The notes beneath the pieces were generated by a model. The model did not search any database. It was not told the DNA's origin and saw only the letters and a program-made list of their open reading frames with translations. A stretch of DNA of 64,000 bases, from assembly GCF_002113885.1 (NCBI RefSeq), contig NW_018405641.1, forward strand, positions 363,434-427,433. The letters are read 5' to 3'. This document shows, one piece after another, positions 25,501 through 39,900 of the stretch. Position numbers and translations under genes: made by a program. Source of the stretch: Mizuhopecten yessoensis (Eukaryota). The first letter of the stretch is position 1. Each line of letters begins with the position of its first letter.

Positions 25501-28500
25501 TTTATGTTTTTAAACAGTATTTACAAATAACAAAAGAAATGCGGAGATACTCCGAATTTACATTTATCTAATGCAAACAATTCACCTGTTGTAATTGTAT
25601 TTGATACACATGTGAGTATAACATCTCTGCATTGGAGACTTACATTTTAGTGAGCGTGGAGGTGGTGGTTCGGGTACATGTAGCTATGGAAAACCGGTAC
25701 GATATACTTTATGAAAAATCCGTTATGTGAAATGCTTCATGCGTGTTACTAAATTCGTGGTAATACATAGTGCTTCATGCGTCATGTTGTGTGCGGAAAC
25801 ATCACAGGATGTATCAATTAGGACATATACCTCTATTACACGTTCATACATCGAATAAGGCATACGTCCGTTGAAGCTACTTGGAAAAGTTAGATTGTTC
25901 AAATATGTTCAAATAACTGCGTTTTAAGAGACAGTTATAAATATACATGTATTATTAAAAATAATGACCACTTTTCAGTAATTGAACACGAGAAGTCAAC
26001 GTAGTTATATATATAAGAAATCTCAGTATGCTTTATCTAAAAAATAGTCTGTGTGTTATTGGCATATATTTACATTCTTGATGTTGGTTCTGTACATGAA
26101 TTTACCAACTGAAAACAACTGCCATTAGACCATGATTGAGAAGAGTTATCTTCCCTTCTCCGAGATAAAGTAGTTGCGAGAAATAATAATATCTTCTGAG
26201 GAGTGCGTTGATAGGTCTATCAGCTACTGCTATTCTTTGCCGCAATGTACTGGGACAAAAATCCATTCAATCCCTTTATGTCCCAGTACCTATATACACA
26301 TCTGCGTGTCTGTTTATACCTGTAAATAATTCAAATTGTTGAAATAATCTATGCTCCCTTACATATATGTTTAAATTAACGGTTTATCAAAATCTCTCTT
26401 TTTGATTATGTTGTTGTACAATAAGAAATATAAAAAAAAAAGAACTTCCGCCTGATCCTCTCTTTTATTTTTAATCTAATCAAGTCCCAGGAAGATGAAT
26501 ATTTGTAGACTCAGTCCAAATATCACCTTATGTTTTAGTTCCATATCAAATAAACTTTCCATAAATGTAAATAAATGGAATGTTTCCCTGAATTTAGTCT
26601 CAAAAGAAAAATATGGACTTTATCTTCTTTTAAACATTCGACTTTAGTCCAAGACTGTTTCGTGACAAAGAGGTTTGATATCATATGTTGTCCTGATTCT
26701 TTTTTTCTACTTATTCCATATTCTGATACTATATTTATAGTCGGGTCATATCAGTCTGTTTAGGCCCTATTGGTATCGCCTTGTTTGTGTCATACATATT
26801 TAATCAACCTCAAACTAGTCTGATCTAACTCCATTGGTGATGGTTGACTCCATATATGTGATGTTGTCTCCGTGTTTTATTAAGGCCACAAGTTTCATTC
26901 GATTCTTATGATCAGTTCTTACTCTATACATATTTGTATTTTAATATGATCCACTTTTTCATGTTGGTCTCATTTGTTTACGTCTGTCTTTATCCATAAG
27001 GTCAATAGTGATACCAAATATTTTACTGTTTATGTCTATGCTAGTCTATCGGATCTGATAAGATATAAATATATTTGTTTTATTAAAAATAGTAAAATTC
27101 AGAGATATGTTCAAAATTGCCACAATTGGTAACACTGTCGTGATTAGATAAATGAAAAGAAAAAAATCTGTACGTGCGAAATTTTATAGATTTCGAGAAT
27201 CCTTAGCCTACTACAATGTACTTTGTTTTGCAAGAAAGGCTGTTCATGCAAATTACAATAAACAGAAGTCTCTTTCTTAATCTGTGTGAATTTGAAAACA
27301 AATTTCACCGTAGATATGCCTTGCTGTTACAGACGACAACTGTCATTTGTCTATCACCTGTATATATTATGACATCATAACTCTGATCTGGCCCTTAAGC
27401 CTTATTTATTATCCAGGTCTACTCAAATACCATTGATTGTGCCTGATCCAACATGTCTTTTCTAGTTGTCACAATAATATCATCTTATACTCAATCTCAT
27501 TACTATGCACTAGGCTTATCTGCATCTTAGCAGCCTCCGATATTTCATAAAAATATGAAACAATTCGGTAGATTTGTAACAATATACGTGCCTAACTAAT
27601 CTGTTTTATTAAGTTTTCATGAAGTATAATGCAAAAGGCATTAAATCTTAGTCGTGATGATAATTGATATTTCATTTCATATCATCAGAAATGTCAGGCA
27701 AAAATAAAGCCAACACTACTACCAAGAAAACTGCACCTGCAGCTCCACACTGTCAGTCACCAGCTCTTAAGAGAAATCAACACAAAGAAACAAAGTCTGA
27801 TTTAGTGGTAGAAGGTACCGCATCACAGCCTACTACAAAAGGAGAGCAGCATAAGAAAACGACAGCTGATCAAGCAAAGGCCAATTCAGTGATTTCAGTT
27901 ACCCAATGCCAGCCTTCTACGGCGGACGCCAGGACAGAAGGTTCACCACAACCGCCTAGCCAACCTAATGATGGCACCAACAAAAAGGAACCTGATCATG
28001 CAAAGACTGAGCCGGACACAAAGCCTATAAAAACAGAACATACCGATGTTCGAACACCTACTGATAAGGCACCTTCTGAGGTAGAGAAAGCGAAGAAATC
28101 TCACAATCCTGAAATTAGGGTGACAAGTGACAGCCAGCTCAATCCAAAAGATTTGGACTTGGGTAAAACTATCACTGGTGTAATGGATGCTCTCGGCTTG
28201 CTAGACAATAACGAAGATGCGATGAAAGAGTATCAGGCATTGTTGAAACAACAGAGGAATTTGGAAGAACAAATATCATCCGAGGTATGATACAGATGGC
28301 AAGGATATAAAGGAATTATTTTTATATATAATGACATATCAAAGAAAACAGAGTCTTAATATTGACACCGAAATAATGTAAAGTACAAAGACGCATCCTT
28401 TCTTATAAAATACATAGATCTGTAATTTTTGTAAACGGATAACCGTCTTATGAATGGTTATTAAAAACATAATTTTATTATCAGCATTTTAAGATTATTT

Positions 28501-29706
28501 TAGTTTCAATTTCATTAACTTCCGTTGCATATCACAAAATTATGAATAAAGTTATTGTTATTCCTGTCATTCAGGAAAACGACAATAGAGAGGTAAAATA
28601 CCAAAGGTTGTTAGACGAAAACATTGACTCATTTAGTGAACTGTTTTTACTTTACAGAAGAGGAAATCATGGCAGGAAAACAACGACATGATGATGGAAG
28701 AATGTGACAAGATCGGACAGGCGGAATTGTCAGGGTCGTTGTATAATTCTCTTTTGCAATTAAAAAAAAAACATCCCCAGCAATCCACTAATGCATTAAA
28801 AGAATTTGCATTCAGAAAACAATTGGTGGAACATCTTCAGGTGAGATTTGCACTAAAATCCGATATACGCGAGTACTTATAAATATAAATCCACACAAAA
28901 AAGATACTTTAGTTACTTTGATATCAAAGTTGAATGACTAAAGTAACGCAATGTAATAGTTGATATTACTGAGGAATGTATGACTTATGTTACTGCAGCA
29001 GGCATATCTATACCAAATATCACAATAAAATAACTATTCTCGTTTATACATGTAGTAACACATATATTACAATTACATCATAACATATATTCTTTCTTAC
29101 TTTCTTATAGTAGCAGAAATCTAGCATAACATATAACCTCATTTATAGAAAAGGAAGGTACATTGTACATGTAAACATAACAATGTATACCTTTTCTTAT
29201 ACTAACAGACGTGTAACAGTAACAGAATAGATCAATTGAAACATATATATTCTCTCGTGAAATATCTGACATAAAGCAATAGTTATGTATCCATCCTCAT
29301 TGTTGGTAGTTGATAAGCGACAATAACATTATATAGCTATGTTTAGTGGATCACACAAAACAATAAGATTATACATTTCCATCCATAGAAGCAGACATGT
29401 AACTAACATATACTAATTTAAAGGAAAGTTACAGATTTATTTATTTTCTTTATTTTCTATTTTTACCCCTTTTTTTTAATTCTTACAAAACGTATGACTT
29501 TGTTTATGTTTTGTTATGTGAAGGCACATTGAAGATATTTCGCGTAAATATCTTAATATACATAAAGGATCTTACGTAAGTTTCCATTTCATATGAGATA
29601 TATGAAATGAAAACGAGTGTAGGATTCTTTTTATCACATAATCAAGATTTGTGGCATTAATCGTGTAAAACCACAATTTTCATGCAACCTTGAAATGTAA
29701 AAAAAA
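22554..29706 (+). repeat. Copy B of the 7,153-bp direct duplication
   Basis: Begins right after N22553 and continues seamlessly into the rest of the intact gene. Confidence 0.95.
24703..24715 (-). promoter_or_regulatory. Candidate ISRE/IRF element GGAAAACGAAAGT (duplicate at 17444-17456)
   Basis: Exact GAAANNGAAAGT match. A second IRF-like site (GAAACGAAAGT) lies at 24550-24560 and a TGACGT half-CRE about 20 bp downstream. All follow a candidate non-coding first-exon donor (CAG|GTAATA, ~24447). Motif match only. Confidence 0.3.
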
Positions 29707-32616
29707 AAAGCTGCCATTTTGACTCCAGTGTGTAGGTCTGTGAAGTCATTTTCTTGGTCCTATGCGTGACGTCACAATTGAGACAATTGAAACTCACAAC
29801 CAATCACAGGGCTGATAGGTCATACATGGGTTAATACGCAAAGAAATATGGCATGGTATATTCACTAGATAACACAGTACAATATGTGATAAACTTACTT
29901 ATACTTAAATAAATAGAGTTCTGTGTTACCGGAGCAACGACCGGGAGGACACGTGACACATGTTGATGTAGGAAAACAATCAGCGAATCCAGCAGAAAAG
30001 AAAGACAATCCTCAAAAACAGCTGCACGACGGGAACGGAAAAACAAAGGAAGTAAAACAAGATGATAGTGAGCCAACACCAACTGAATTGGACCAGGCCA
30101 AAAGAGGAGAGCATCGGAGAGATCCAGACAGATTCAGAGTGATAATACCTGACGGATACCAGCTAGTTAAATCCGAAGATTACGAACACATGCAGTACGA
30201 TCTTGTGAATCAAAGAGAAAGCATTGAAGAGCTTACAAGCAGGTAAGTACACTGTGTTACTTTGATGACTAGAATATTTATATTGAATTACACTGTTTAA
30301 ATAAAGAATATTTATTTTCTTGATAATGTGATTCAATGAAGTTAGGCTGGTGGTCAAGTGAATTGAAAGTTAGATTTTGAGATAATCATGTTTAGTGGAA
30401 AGTGATCCAAGCACATGATTTGTATAGCATATACATTTCAGTACATGATATTAATGTAATGAGCAACAACTGTTAATTTTCAATTCCAAAATAAATGAAT
30501 ATTTTGAAAGTTGTTTGTCATATCGCTTTTAATATCTCAAACTAAAACAAAACAAAAAGCAGCATATCATTCATTCCTGAAATATTTGTCTCATCTACTT
30601 GTTTAGGTTAAGTGCCATCGCTAGTAGCAAGCTAAAGGAGGGTAACCCTAACATTGCTGACCTGAGTGACAAGAACCGGCCGACCAAGCTCGGGGAACAC
30701 TTTGCCGCCATGTACGATGACCAATGGTCAGAGGCCTTCGAGGAGATGGGTAAGGGTAAAAAAAAAGCTGCAAGCGAGGAGGAGGACGAGGAAGAAGAGA
30801 TGAAACAAATTGATAAGTTGTTGGATGTTGTCAAGGTAGGTGTGATTTCATCTTAGTATAACTCTTAAAGTATGAATAAACACCATATTATTAATTATAA
30901 ACCAGAATGATTTTATTTAGATAAGTACGACAACTTTTCCCCAAATACCGAATAAAGCTTTGTTTGTTTTAGGAGTCGTATCGGTTTTGTGGAACAGAGG
31001 CTGACAAACAGCTACAAAAAATTGCCATGGGTATGAAAGATGCAGTTTCTCTACAACAAACGGCAGAACAAGTTGCTGCAATAGACTCCAAACTGGAACA
31101 ATCAACTGAATTAAAACAGAAACAAGACACTAAAAAAATGTCAGGAGTAGATATTAAATCTGGAACTGAAAGTACAGATACAGCAAGTGGTCAATCTAAA
31201 CCAAAGATTGGATCAGACGGCGGTCAGCCTGGACAAAAACCTGGAGCAGCTGGTGGTCAGTCTGAACAAAAACCTGGATCAGTCGGCGGTCGGCCTGGAC
31301 AAAAACCTGGAGCATCTGGTTGTCAGTCTGAACAAAAATCTGGAGCAGCTGGTGGTCAGTCTGAACAAAAATCTGGAGTAGCCGCTGGTCTATCTGGGGG
31401 AAAAAGTTCTACATTAGCAGGATCACTAAATACAGCAAAGCCTGCTACCCCGCCTGTTGGAGAAAAGGTACGATTATATGTACAATATGTATCCGTTCCA
31501 AACAAATTATGTATAAACCGTATGAAATGATATAATTGCTGAAATTGTTTATGTATAACTTGGTTAAATGCGCTTTATATCTCATTCAGACGGGCTCTGA
31601 TAATGAAGTTTTATTGCAGAAGGGAGAAACGGCAGAAGCTAGGGGGAAGTCTCCTATGTCAGAGACTTGGCAAATAGCCTTGAGGTGCGCACGCAGCTTC
31701 CGGAAAGAAACAGCCTTGACCGCCGTTACAGAGATCAAACAAGTAAAGTATATTCACGTATAGCTGAAGTATTTCTTGTGCATTGTACTACGATTCACGA
31801 TTGTCTTACTTATGGTAGAGTCCTATCATTCTATGTCGTTTCTTCAGCAAAGACATATTTAATTTTTTCGTCATTTTCGTAGCGTCGAGTAGCTTGCCTA
31901 TTTACTATAGCAAAGACTAACATATAAAATATCTGAACCTCCACGGAAGTTCGATCCCTGCGACCATTCATTATACAGCGGGGAACAATTCAAACTGTTG
32001 TCATTTCTTTAAAAAGCTCAGCAACCTACAATTGCCTTTGAATGATATCAGAGGAAATAGCTTAGAGTTAACAGGGAAAAGCTGCCCAGAGGCAACACAT
32101 TTGAAACGTAGTTAGATTATCTACCTGATGAATGTCAGGAATAGTAGTATTCCTTTAAACGCTAGGTTACGAGTTACTAAATACCACTATACATTTTACA
32201 ATTTCTTTGAAAGTTCAGAATCAGCAAATTATTTATATTAATTTATCATACAAAAAGGCTGATGAGGACAAAATATTTTGCTGCTTCAGCTTTTCAAAGA
32301 CCAATACATCAAAAAAATGAAGTTGGACACATCAGCGACACTGCCGGACGCTATGATGAAATACATTGACCGCTGTGTGGAGCTGATGTGGCTTATGGCT
32401 GTACAGGACCCTCCCATGGAGATCAAATGGGCTGACCATGGTGAAAGAAGTGATACTAATTACTTCAAGTTCTACCAGTCAAAGGGTAAAATGGTGAGGC
32501 AATGTGTGTGGCCGGCCGTGTTTTTGAGTGCTCATGGTGGTATTGTCAGCAAGGGCTATATCATGGGAATGACCCCTCCTCCACCAGAACAAGCGCAGAA
32601 AAAGAAAGCAAAGTAG
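27691..32616 (+). CDS. MIEAP/SPATA18 (mitochondria-eating protein) C-terminal-domain protein, ~774 aa, 8 coding exons
   Basis: Exons 27691-28284, 28575-28592, 28658-28840, 29917-30242, 30607-30835, 30973-31467, 31590-31742 and 32290-32616 join through GT/AG introns into a 2325-nt open frame. Family motifs RLS...NPNIADLSDKNRPTKLGEHF..MYDDQWSEAF and YIDRCVELMWLMAVQDPPM...VWPAVFL...GIVSKG. A family member, not necessarily the SPATA18 ortholog. Confidence 0.88.
29563..29893. mobile_element. Old MITE-like intronic element shared with copy 1 (~3190-3370)
   Basis: Inverted motifs TTTATCACATA (~29630) and TATGTGATAAA (~29883); block GTGACGTCACAATTGAGACAATTGAAAC..CCAAT.ACAGGGCT is present in both paralogs. 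Confidence 0.35.
31186..31416 (+). repeat. Coding 33-bp minisatellite (11-aa GGQ[P/S][G/E]QK[P/S]Gxx), ~7 units
   Basis: Read directly inside exon 30973-31467. Confidence 0.9.
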
Positions 32617-34679
32617 AGTTGCTTTGATTTCACAAATAGACTTATCTGTGAAGTAATTAACGAATCAATCACTAAGGAAATCCTATGAGGTACCTGATGA
32701 CTACAACGCAATTGTACTAGTGGAGTTGAAAAATGACAGATGTATGATATAACAAGTCGAACGTAACTATTAAAACGATTTGAAATCAGAATTTTAAAAC
32801 AGTTGTCCCAGACATTTATTACAGATGTTATACACATACATTCCTCAATCATGTGTATATCGTGGTAAACAGTTGTACATTGTATGTTAGAGCTTATAAA
32901 AGAGTGTTATCATATGTTCATTGGTCCTACCATGGAATGACTGTGTGAATCGGAGAAAGCATATATATCTTGATTTGCCATATAATTGGATGATGTCTTT
33001 TTTGTTTATTGATTTTGTTGTTTTATATTTTTTAAATTACAAATACAAGTTATTTTTGTGTCATATTTCGTTCTTCGTTTCGCGGCGTGAAAGATGACGT
33101 TGTTTAATATTAACAAATTAACATATTACAAATCCCAAAAAAACGAAATTTTAGATATAAAACAGGTAAAATTTCGGAAAACTGGGAGTAGGAAGAAAAT
33201 CCGGATAAAAACAGTACATTAATAAATAAGTAAATCAACTAACAAAATATCAATTAATTATGGCGATGATAAAGATGGAAGATCATTAATTGATTTGATA
33301 GGTTGTTAATGTACAATGTATGTCGATATATATAGTATTGTAAATTAAAATATACTAAATGAGTGTCTCCTATAAGTATAAATCTGTATCTATGGTCTGT
33401 AAATATTGAATGAATGTTGCATATTGATTGAAAGCCCTCTTAGTTGAGGACATTTTGTTGTAACAATCAATAAAAGTATGTATGCTTAATTAAATATAAA
33501 ACATGATATTCCTAAAACGGAAATACGTCTTTATTATATAGAAATTGTACCGGAAGAGCGAGTATACTCTTCAATACATTAATCCGATTCCTATGCAACG
33601 ACTCTTCCTGAAGAGAAATCCTTAAGTGGACAACAAAATAAAACTGTTGTAATTGTACTATTCGACGTGTCTGTGATGTTACAATAGTTTTGTTATTGAT
33701 CGCTTTTGGAGTAACTGATGACGCTATTAGTGAAATTGAATAGATAGGCATATGTATGATGTAATCTATTGACCGTAAATAATGAAACAGATTTGAAATC
33801 AAAACATTCAAACAACTGTCCAAGTCTTTTTCATGCTGTGAAATAACTGTTCGATTTCGAGTTAACAAATGCCATATGTTTGAGAGAAGCATTGAAGACA
33901 GCACAGTTTGTTATTATAGAGTGTCAGCCAGCACGTTTATATCCAAAAGATTAAGTTTCTATATATTTGGATAGAATTCTTGAAATGAAATACTACTTTA
34001 TGATATAGAGTCGAATAATCGAGTACACTCATTAATGGATAGCCGAGATTAAATGTAATGGTCGCAAAACATAAGTTGCTCCATTTTTACTTCATCATGA
34101 CAGACCACAAGCCATGTATCTAATACATTAATTCGATAGAGTGAAATATTTGAGATTGAAATTTTAAATAGTTTACATTTTTTCCGTTTTTCATTTTTGT
34201 ATGATCTTCGTATATATCTGTTTTTTAGTCCAATTAGCCGTGCATCTTGATAGTTAAGTTTGTTTGAATATTTTCGCTGATATATTATCAAATTAGTTTC
34301 GATATTCTCTTAACAATTAAAACGAATTAGTAGTGACTGCGATATTGTGATATATTTTCATAACCAGGAGTTGTTAAAATATACTTTTATTTATTGAATA
34401 CTTGATGATCGCCGTTTAATTCAACTCTGATACACATATTAAAGGAATTGGTGTGTAACGAAAGAAAAGCAATATGAAATAAATGTATTCAATTAATAAC
34501 AGATGTTGTTATATTATTTGTTGGCGACTTCATGATAACTTTGTTGAAGTTAAAGACAATAGAAGGTTAAGAATACAACCTAACAGTATCAAAGAGATTT
34601 CCTTTTCCTTTGAAGTCAGTGACATTGACATTGAGTTATTTGATATTTAGAAATCGAGTTCTGAGAATAAATAAAAATG

Positions 34680-35300
34680 TTAACCTATAACCTAATCTCC
34701 ATATAACGAGGTATCCATACCAATAATCAAATGTCCATATGTCGACTATAACCTATAACCAGACCTGAATATATCGACATAGCCGTTATGTTGAGATATA
34801 GAAACATATAACCAAATTTCACATGTTACACATTTCATAAACTGACTTTCATATACTGAGGAATACATGCATATATATCCTTGTAACCAAGCTTCTTAAT
34901 GTCGAGAAATATATATCTACAACAAAACCTCGTTATATATAGTTATACATACAAATATACACAAAAGAAAACTATGTTTTGTCAGGTTAGAATCTCGTTA
35001 TATAGAGGTATATATACCATACACGTAATCAAACCTCGATATGCCGAGGTGAAAATACAAATATACCTATGACCAAACTAATTTATGTACGGTTAGAACC
35101 TTGTTATATGGAGATATACATATTATACATATTATGTCGGGATATAACCTAGATATATAGAGGTATCCATAAAATTCATGTAATCAAACCTCATTATGAC
35201 GAGGTAGACATACAAATGTACCTTGAACCAAACTATGTCTTGTCGGATAGAACCTCTTTATGTAAAGGTATACATACTTTAAATGTAATAAATCCTACTT
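34680..35300. repeat. Degenerate tandem repeat with a semi-palindromic ACCTCGTTATATAGAGGT core
   Basis: Recurrent ACCAAACCTCGTTATAT.GAGGTATACATA variants; unit length irregular. Confidence 0.55.
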
Positions 35301-36924
35301 ATTGCAGAATATACATATTTTTTACATAAGAAAAGGAAGGGAAAATAATTGAACCAAGCATTGTACATGAAACATCGTATTCAATGACAGCTTGTAAACA
35401 AGGATTTTGTGTATGAAAAATTCACATTTCATAACAACGTATACAAGTTTTATTTATTTAACGAGACGTTTTGCTAGAGAAATACAATCAACGGAGACAA
35501 TGTCACAAACTGATGAAATTAACCAGACTTTGACATTGAGAAATATAGACAGGCCAAATGACCTTGTATTATATCAATCTATATATCATCATCTATTATA
35601 TTCTACGATTTGAATATACAGCTTAACTACCCATTTTAAAAATACAGATATTTACACATTGTATATATAGGTCTCATAAGTAATAATTACATATATATAA
35701 CGATAGTATGATCCAATATTGACACTGGATACGACAAAAACAGTTTGTTGGAAACGCGTTACTAAAAACGATATATAAACAAAAACTAGTAACGACAGTG
35801 CAGACAAAAGCATTTGTTAAATACTGAAGTCAATCTGACCCTCTTTTAGTATTTAACATTTATGTGGTCTCCAACTAATACTTTTGACAGATCGCAACGC
35901 AGCTAGTTTTGCTTCTTGTAATTGCTAATCATAAACCAACAAAAACATTGTTTCCAATTGTTTGTCATTTTTTTTTATTAAAATGACGGAGTTGAAATGA
36001 TATAACATATATACAACAAGAAACGTGAATAGTGATTAATAACTCACAATTCACCAAAAGGTGGAGCATAACAACAGCCACACGACCTGGTGCATCTAGA
36101 CGTGTCAATTACGAATAGATACAATCGCCGCATACCCTTGTAATGCAATCCATTCAGTGTATTATACATGTACACTCTAAAACTGATCATAAAATCACGC
36201 CTATCTAGAATTCCAGGTAAGCGATAAGTCGCTTCCGAGAAAAGCACCATAGAAATAAACAACTCGGTTCTCGGCTACGATATACAAAATTGTACACATG
36301 TGCACATATGCCTGTCTTATACACGGTGGACAAATACCAGCATGTGGAATAGCGCTACAACGTAAAGAAGGTAGGCAAACCTTGACACATCGACTACCGG
36401 TAAATATAACTTTTAAGTACAAAAAGAGGTTGCTTTCATATTAAATGTATAATACTTATAGTGTGTATATAGAGTATATCTGTGTAGGGTGTGTTTAGAT
36501 ATTAGTTCTACCGAATAAGCATTTGTTAGTGCAACACCAGGAAGTAAAATAATATTGGTAAGTATATACATAGAGGCTCTCAAGGGATAACCGTAATGTA
36601 TGATGGGAAATTTAAAAAAAATGATAAATTCCATTTCCTATTTTTTTTTATATAGATTAGTTTGGACTTGATTATGTATTCCAAAATAAGTGCTTCTTTG
36701 GTAGTATTGATATGTGGATTGATCAATTAAACAAATTAGGCTTTGAAGATACCAATTTCAATATTTTTGATTTCGATGAAGAACGTTTAATGCATTTTTC
36801 AGTTACTTTCAATGTCTGTATCTGGTGAACGATTGATCGGGCTGGTAGAATGTCAAAGTCTGAAGTGTATGTAGGAACTCTGATTCGAACATTTGATTAC
36901 AGGACGGAGTTTTAACTTACATAA

Positions 36925-39900
36925 ATGGATACCAGCGTGTCAAGTGGGTTTCGAGACCTGAACGACTTTCTTCAAAAACTTAACTCCGGATCTTACTTGC
37001 AATCTGACTTTAGTAAACCAAAATGTCAAACAATTAAAGAATGTCTTCTAATGCTTGAATCACACGTGGGTAAAGAGCACATTGATGTAAGTATTTCAAA
37101 TATATTAAAAAAGCGTAAATGATTTTCAGAAACATTGGATTAGATTTCTATTATCAAACTCTACATACTTTTCAAAATATCTTCTCCTTTTAAATGCATA
37201 TTATTCCTTCCGATTTTTTTTTTTAATTAAGATTCAATAAAATGTCTGATGTAATGACGTTTTCTTTACAGATCAAAATCACGAAAAATAGACTTTGCAC
37301 GTGAAATAGAAATACCTTACATGCTACGCTGTTCCAAACTGTAACCCTCTGTTACATGGATCTATGTTACTGCGCTTTATGTCAAGTAAAACGCCTTCGT
37401 TAAATTTGAGGTGATATAATGCATAATAAACATATCATGATTGAACTTATAACTCGGAATTATTGCGGAATTTTTTTTTTCTCATTTTTTTTTATACTGG
37501 TACATATACTATATATTCAACTTCAATGCGAGCACTTATTTGTATTATTTCTGAATTCAAACAGCTTGTGGTATCGAATGAAAAAAGCTGTATTTGAATG
37601 AAAATATACATATCAAATATAGCAACACTTGAATACTTATAAGAACATTGATTCTTTGTCTATTTCTTCTCGGAACACACAACAGATACTCATATAGAGA
37701 ACAGTTATGCCGTATACGTATAGTATAGGTGAAAGTGGTGTGTTTATTTTTAAAGGTATCTGCCATTCGAAGTATTTTACATTCTGCCGAAAGAGGGAAT
37801 GCTCAAGGCCTGGATTCCACTGCCGTAAGCAGAGCACTGGAGGAATACAGACAACTTGCTTCTCTCTTACAAAACCAGGTCAATTTTATATTTTCGAAAA
37901 GCGTTATTTTTATACCAACATGGCCGAAATGTTTCATTTCTGAAAAATGTAGCAAACCTATACCGCATTCGGTAGACACGTCATGTTCATGAATGAAAAA
38001 ACCTGAAATGGCTTTGATTGTTTGGTGTTATGATGGTATGATGCACATTTATTGGATACTTTGATAATAAGTATTCAAAGAGAAAAATAACCATGGTCAT
38101 TGTCACTATTCGCTGTTATATATCAAACCTCTGCTTTGTTATTTTTTTCTCATATAAGTAAAACATTACAAGTAGTTAAGTCGAGTAAGATAAAGATGAC
38201 AAGAAACCTCCATTCTGCAGGATTGACAATAAACTATCTACCGACAGAAGTATAGAAACCTGTCGTCAAAGTTGACTATAAACAATGCTGTTCAGAAAAA
38301 TATTTTAACTTAATATAGATACTTGTATTGAGAAGGAACAATTTTATTCCAGTGGTTTTGAATTAGATAATATGGATTTCGACTTATACACTAAGGAACA
38401 ATTTCATTCCAGTGGTTATGAATAGGATTTTAGTGGGGTGGTTCATGCGATATTTCATCTAAAGGGTTTGAATTGCAATGATGCAATTGATGTCTTGAAT
38501 TCTTCGATAGATTTAGGTCTTGACATTTAGGATAGTATGTGACAAGTCGAGATAGGCAGTGTTTTAATGTTCTTTAAATAGCATGTCAATTTGGTATAGC
38601 CAAAAGTATCAACTAACTACAGACTCTCACGTGAGGACATTCTGTTAGCTAAATACGTCAACATTTATTTCTTGGAATAGCTTGACATTTGACTATAAAT
38701 TGTGTACCAAAGATAACAGTTTAACGTAACAACTTTATATATATTTACGATTGGCTTTGACTTGTCACCTATCCAATCGAAACTAGGGTAGTTTACCAAT
38801 CTTTCTCAAGGAAATTATCATGTTATTGACATAAACCTTATGTTACTGCAGTCTACTCACTAATATGCCTCGTTTTAGGTTTCGTGAGTCAGCAATATAA
38901 CTCGATAACTACATACATGATTCATTGTATAATACAATTAAACCATACATATATATGCTTATGAGTATCTATTCTTTTCTAAGGAACATGATCACCACAA
39001 CAGCAAAGAATCTTCTCATTATGAAAGTCACCAGGACCAAGAAACATTGTCTAGATATGGCAACAGTAAACGACAACGAGAAATACCAAAAGTTGCATCT
39101 ACATCTGAACATAAAGGACACTACCCAACGGAGTCTTCTACTTACAGAGGAAAACATGAACAGGACAGGAACAAGGCAGATATGGAAAGAGAGATACAAG
39201 AGTTAAGAACGAGGTAGGGAGGGTTACTTTTATTTCAGTAGGGTGAGGATAATGTTCAAACGTTAATTCTAACTCGCGGTAAGCGATTTACTAGTGTGAC
39301 AACTTAACGTTTCGCTACTTATATGCAAACGTTTTTTTCTGTGTATCAACAGATCTTTTGGTTGCCTCGTCCATTACTTTTTTTTAAATAAAACATTGAT
39401 TTCGTGTTTGTTTTCATAAACTAACCAAAATATTCTGTTATTTGATACAATAAATAGGTAACAGAAAAAATGTCATTTTTTTATCTTTTAAGTTCGATAT
39501 ATGAAATAACTATTATTGTATTGGCCTATTATGACTAAGTGCATTTAAATGTTTATTCGGTAGACTCAGTAGTGTGGTCGGTGCCAAGCTGACGGCTGGT
39601 AATACTTCTTTGGCAGACCTAAGCGACCCCAACAGACCTACAAGTATTGCCGAGCAACATCGTGAACTGTACAACGATGTCTGGGCGAACGCTCTCGAGG
39701 AGCTAACATTAAAAGACAGAAATACAGAAAAGAAGGCTGTGCTGGAACTTGGCAACATCCTCAAGGTACGAATGCATTATACCTGATATAATAGACCAGC
39801 ACAATTCAAAGTTATTTTTAACTTGATCTTTACCTTTTGTCGATGTTACCGTTAATATGATTTCTTTGCATTGTATAGACACCTAGCGATAAATAGACAC

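Noticed and set aside
33512-33904. 130-aa - strand ORF
   Set aside because: No recognisable motif or splice context; composition matches AT-rich intergenic DNA.
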